The position numbers and the translations under genes were made by a program. Positions 33,954 through 37,158 of a stretch of 37,158 bases of DNA are shown here, piece by piece. The stretch is taken from positions 62,001-99,158 of the forward strand of contig JAVECO010000081.1 of assembly GCA_051942205.1 (NCBI GenBank). Reading direction: 5' to 3'. The stretch is from Coniocarpon cinnabarinum (Eukaryota). Below the pieces are notes generated by a model, which searched no databases, was not told where the DNA came from, and worked only from the letters and a program-made list of their open reading frames with translations. The number at the start of each line of letters is the position of its first letter. The first letter of the stretch is position 1.

Positions 33954-36900
33954 CGCGCACCAAAGAAACAACGCTATGCAAGGGCAGCAGTCGCAGCGAG
34001 CGACAGACGGAGGACGAAGGTGACGGGAAAAGGAAGTGGCGTGGCGGTGGGGGGGGATAAGAGAAGGTCGACGTGGAAGCGAGCGGCAAAAGCGAGGAGG
34101 CTGGGAGCGCTGGACGGGCGCGTGGAGGGATTGGAGGGAGGAGGTGGTGGTGACGAAAAGGTGAGAAAGTGAGGGCGCAGGAGAGGTGAGAGGGCGTGGG
34201 CGTGGGCGTGGAAGTGGAGGAGGCCCGGGCGGTGGATCGGTGGCAGCGATGGGATGGGATGGCGATGGGATGAGGTCGAATGGGCCTGGGTGATGGTGGG
34301 TGGTGGGATGGATGGAATTGAGAGGCTGGCGGGCGTTGGATAAGAAGGGCGACGCGAGGGCCCACCGCTGGCGTGCGCTTTTTGGCTTTTCTGGCGCCTC
34401 GAGCTCGGGCCACGGACCGAGCGCCGCGCTAGAGCTGCGTCCGGGTTAGCGCGCGCACGGGGACAGTGACGAGTGGCCAAGCAGGGCTCGCGTCCCCCAC
34501 TCTTTGCTCTGCCGATCGGCGTGCCAGAGGCCAGCACCGTCCGCACCGTCCCCAGCCCACTCATCACCGCCAATTCCTGCTTGCTGCTGCTGCTCATGAC
34601 CTCTTCCATCGCCCTCTCACATGCCGCCAGCGCTCGGACTGGCGGTGGGCGGTGGGCGGTGGGCAGTGGGCAGTGGGTGGTGATGGTGCTGGTGGTGTTG
34701 TTGTTGTTGTTTTTCTTCTTGGTGTTGTAGGTACAGAGAGGCTGGAGGAGATCTGAACTTACCAGGTCTGTCGAGTTCGACGCTGTTGCGCCTGCTGCTG
34801 CTCCTGGTGCCTGGCTGTCGCGCCTCAAACTACTGCAACTGCAGCACGCGCGCGCCGTGATCAGTGAGGTACGGAGTACTCTTTTCCCTCCTCCGTAATG
34901 CTGCTGGCCCGGCGCGCCCTTTTTCTGCTGTTCACGCTGGGGCGGGCGCCAAAAAAGAGCTCCCCCCTCCCTGCCAACTGACAGCTGCGCCCCGGTCCTA
35001 ATTTTGTGCCTTTTGCTGTGCGTCTCGTGCAGAGAGAGCTTCGTGCAGCAGGCGACCACGCAGGCAGGCAAGCAAGCAGCAAGCGAGCAGCCAGCAACAA
35101 TCGCAATCGTACCCGTAGTCGTGGTCCTAGTCGTGATCTTCTCAGGTCGCCGCGCGGACGCTACAGTCCTTTTCTACGCTCTGCCCCCAGTCCGCTCACG
35201 GCCCAGAGGGAGAAGCAATAATGTACACGGCCGTTGACGGTCGCGCAGATCCTTTCCCAATGCTCCGGGGTCCAGGTCAGCAAGAGACAGCAATGACCAT
35301 GACACTCTATCTCGCTCATGCACGATCGCCCATCCCAGATCAGTGCGTCTGTCGCGGAGAGCGGTTGAGCGCAATGGCCTGGTGATCGCTCCAGCCCGGA
35401 CAATTTAATTTCGCCCAGCGCCTCGCAAGGATGCAATGCGCGCGCACGCTCGTCTCGACGTGGGCGGCGGTGATTGTGACGGAGTGAGATTCTTAATGCC
35501 GAGCAATTATTGCTTTTCGTGAACCAGCCCTTAACGAATCTGCGAATGGGCGCGTTGCTCGTGCCTGCCTGTATGAAAGACCCTGGCACTTATGGCTCAG
35601 TCTGCTCCGTGGAGTAAAGGCACGTCCCATTACTCTCGACACACTCAGATCGGCCTCGTCGGTTGCTACACAGCTCTCTCTCTCTGAACGCCGCACGGAA
35701 ATCGCTACGAAAATAGCCAAACACGACCTACCTCCTCCTACTGTCTTCTGACACCAGACGCCCGCCCGCTTCCCCGACCACAGCTCTCGAAGCTCGTCGC
35801 AAGCGGCTGCCTCGTCGCCTCGCTGGAGCCAGAGGCAGATCCTTCCCCCTCCGAGTCGCCCGCAATCGATATGGTGGCCCGGGGTGATCTAAACCATCCT
35901 GGTCAAAACAGACTGGGGTGCGTGCATGCAGGCAGCCGAGACTACAGGCCGCGCTTCGCTTGCGGCGATCCACCGCACTGGAGCTCTACTGATCCATTTT
36001 TGGCCCGACTCAGAGGCCATCTCGACGTCCCCCCCAAGTCCTGCCCTCTTCTGGCATTCTACCAGGTTCCAGAAATGTCACGTTGCATCTGGGTGGTAGA
36101 GACGTCCAGAGCCGCCCGTGCTCGACTTGACAAACGGTCGTTGATCGCCCATTCCGCTGAGAGCTCTGGCACCGTTGGAACATACTCAAACGGGTGAATA
36201 AACGACTCAAGAACCTGTAACTCATTTGCGAAGAGTCAGCGCTCGTCCTATTCTCATTGCTGGGGTCGCATAACCGTATCTCTGCGGTGGAGACGTGCAC
36301 CTCCCTACTGCGAGGTTGGACCTTGTAACACCTCTCTGGCCATTACGCTATCGAACCAGCATGAACGTCTCTCCCTCTCTCTCTGTCTGTCTCGTTCCCC
36401 ACCCTCCTCTCGGCTAGTTTGACGCCCACGCTCTTGACGCCAGGAACGCCAGGGGCAATTCGCTTAGGGCCTGCTACTCGACATGCTTCAATTTCAAATT
36501 ACTCGGTTGCTCGAACCAGATACCAGATTGCTGTCTCACTCTGCCATTGCAAATGAACCGTGGAACGCCCGAGACGGCCTCGAGGCTGCCACTCTATTGT
36601 GAATGACCTGCTCCTTTGAGCGTCCTCACCGGAAGCCACATTGCCAGAAGCAGCGGCATTCCCCACAATAACCACCCAGGCCCACGACAGCTCATCGTGA
36701 TGGCGGCGGGCCGTGCTTGTGTCCTATCGATGCACCCTCGGTCGGTGCTTAACCATCCATTCTGGACCCGTCACCTCCAGCTCAGCCTCCTCTGTGCTTC
36801 CCAACCCATGCGTCGGTGCCCCGGGATCCCGCAGCGACGCCGACCTCCCATTGGCGCTTAATGTGCGAAATGTTCCGACCGCGGTGTTCTCGAGGCTGAG

Positions 36901-37158
36901 AAGGAGAGGGCGCCGCTGTTCGCTCGCCATCGATGGAAGCCTTTGCGTAACACGCGCGCGCGCGCGCACACACCCACAGCGACGTGGCTCGTTGGAGGGA
37001 ATGCAGCACCGGGCGCAGTTGATTGGCCAATGGTCGCGCGCGCGGCTGCTCGGGACGCAGCAGAGGGCCGAAGACAGCCAAGCGGCGCCCTCGCAGTGAC
37101 AACCTAACAGCGCCCTGCACGCCCGCACGGACGCTCGGATCGAGACGTGCGGCGGGGG

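Noticed and set aside
34488..34495. StuA response element TCGCGTCC upstream of stuA
   Set aside because: A single match in CG-rich DNA is not distinguishable from chance.
33784..35071. 209-aa and 365-aa minus-strand ORFs upstream of stuA
   Set aside because: Low-complexity GC-rich promoter/leader DNA with microsatellites; no protein-like motifs.

Overview
Eukaryotic genomic DNA from a filamentous ascomycete (Pezizomycotina; short GT-AG introns with CTRAY branch sites). I reconstructed ten protein-coding genes by hand, splicing exons across the ORF track: RPB5 (-), mitochondrial carnitine carrier CRC1/acuH (+), TFIIIC tau60/TFC8-like subunit (+), an uncharacterised 830-aa protein with C-terminal TM helices (+), a NIPA/DUF803 Mg2+ transporter (+), a MeaA/Mep1-3-type ammonium permease (-), a signal-peptide FKBP fused in frame to a STIMATE/YPL162C (DUF3661) membrane domain (-), spliceosomal p14/SF3B6 (-), JHD1-type PHD+JmjC demethylase (+) and the APSES regulator StuA (-). 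Most notable are (1) the FKBP-STIMATE fusion, which the ORF track breaks into several pieces, and (2) the stuA leader, with a 5'UTR intron, two uORFs and an 87-codon in-frame AUG-less extension containing a CUG in strong Kozak context. Lesser findings are a stop-free 54-nt intron splitting a Cys motif in JHD1, uORFs before the Mg2+ transporter, two possible unannotated spliced units, twin 14-bp minisatellites and a purine-skewed, possibly mobile-element-derived segment. No tRNA, rRNA, CRISPR array or intact transposon was recognised. All family calls are from motif recognition, not database searches.
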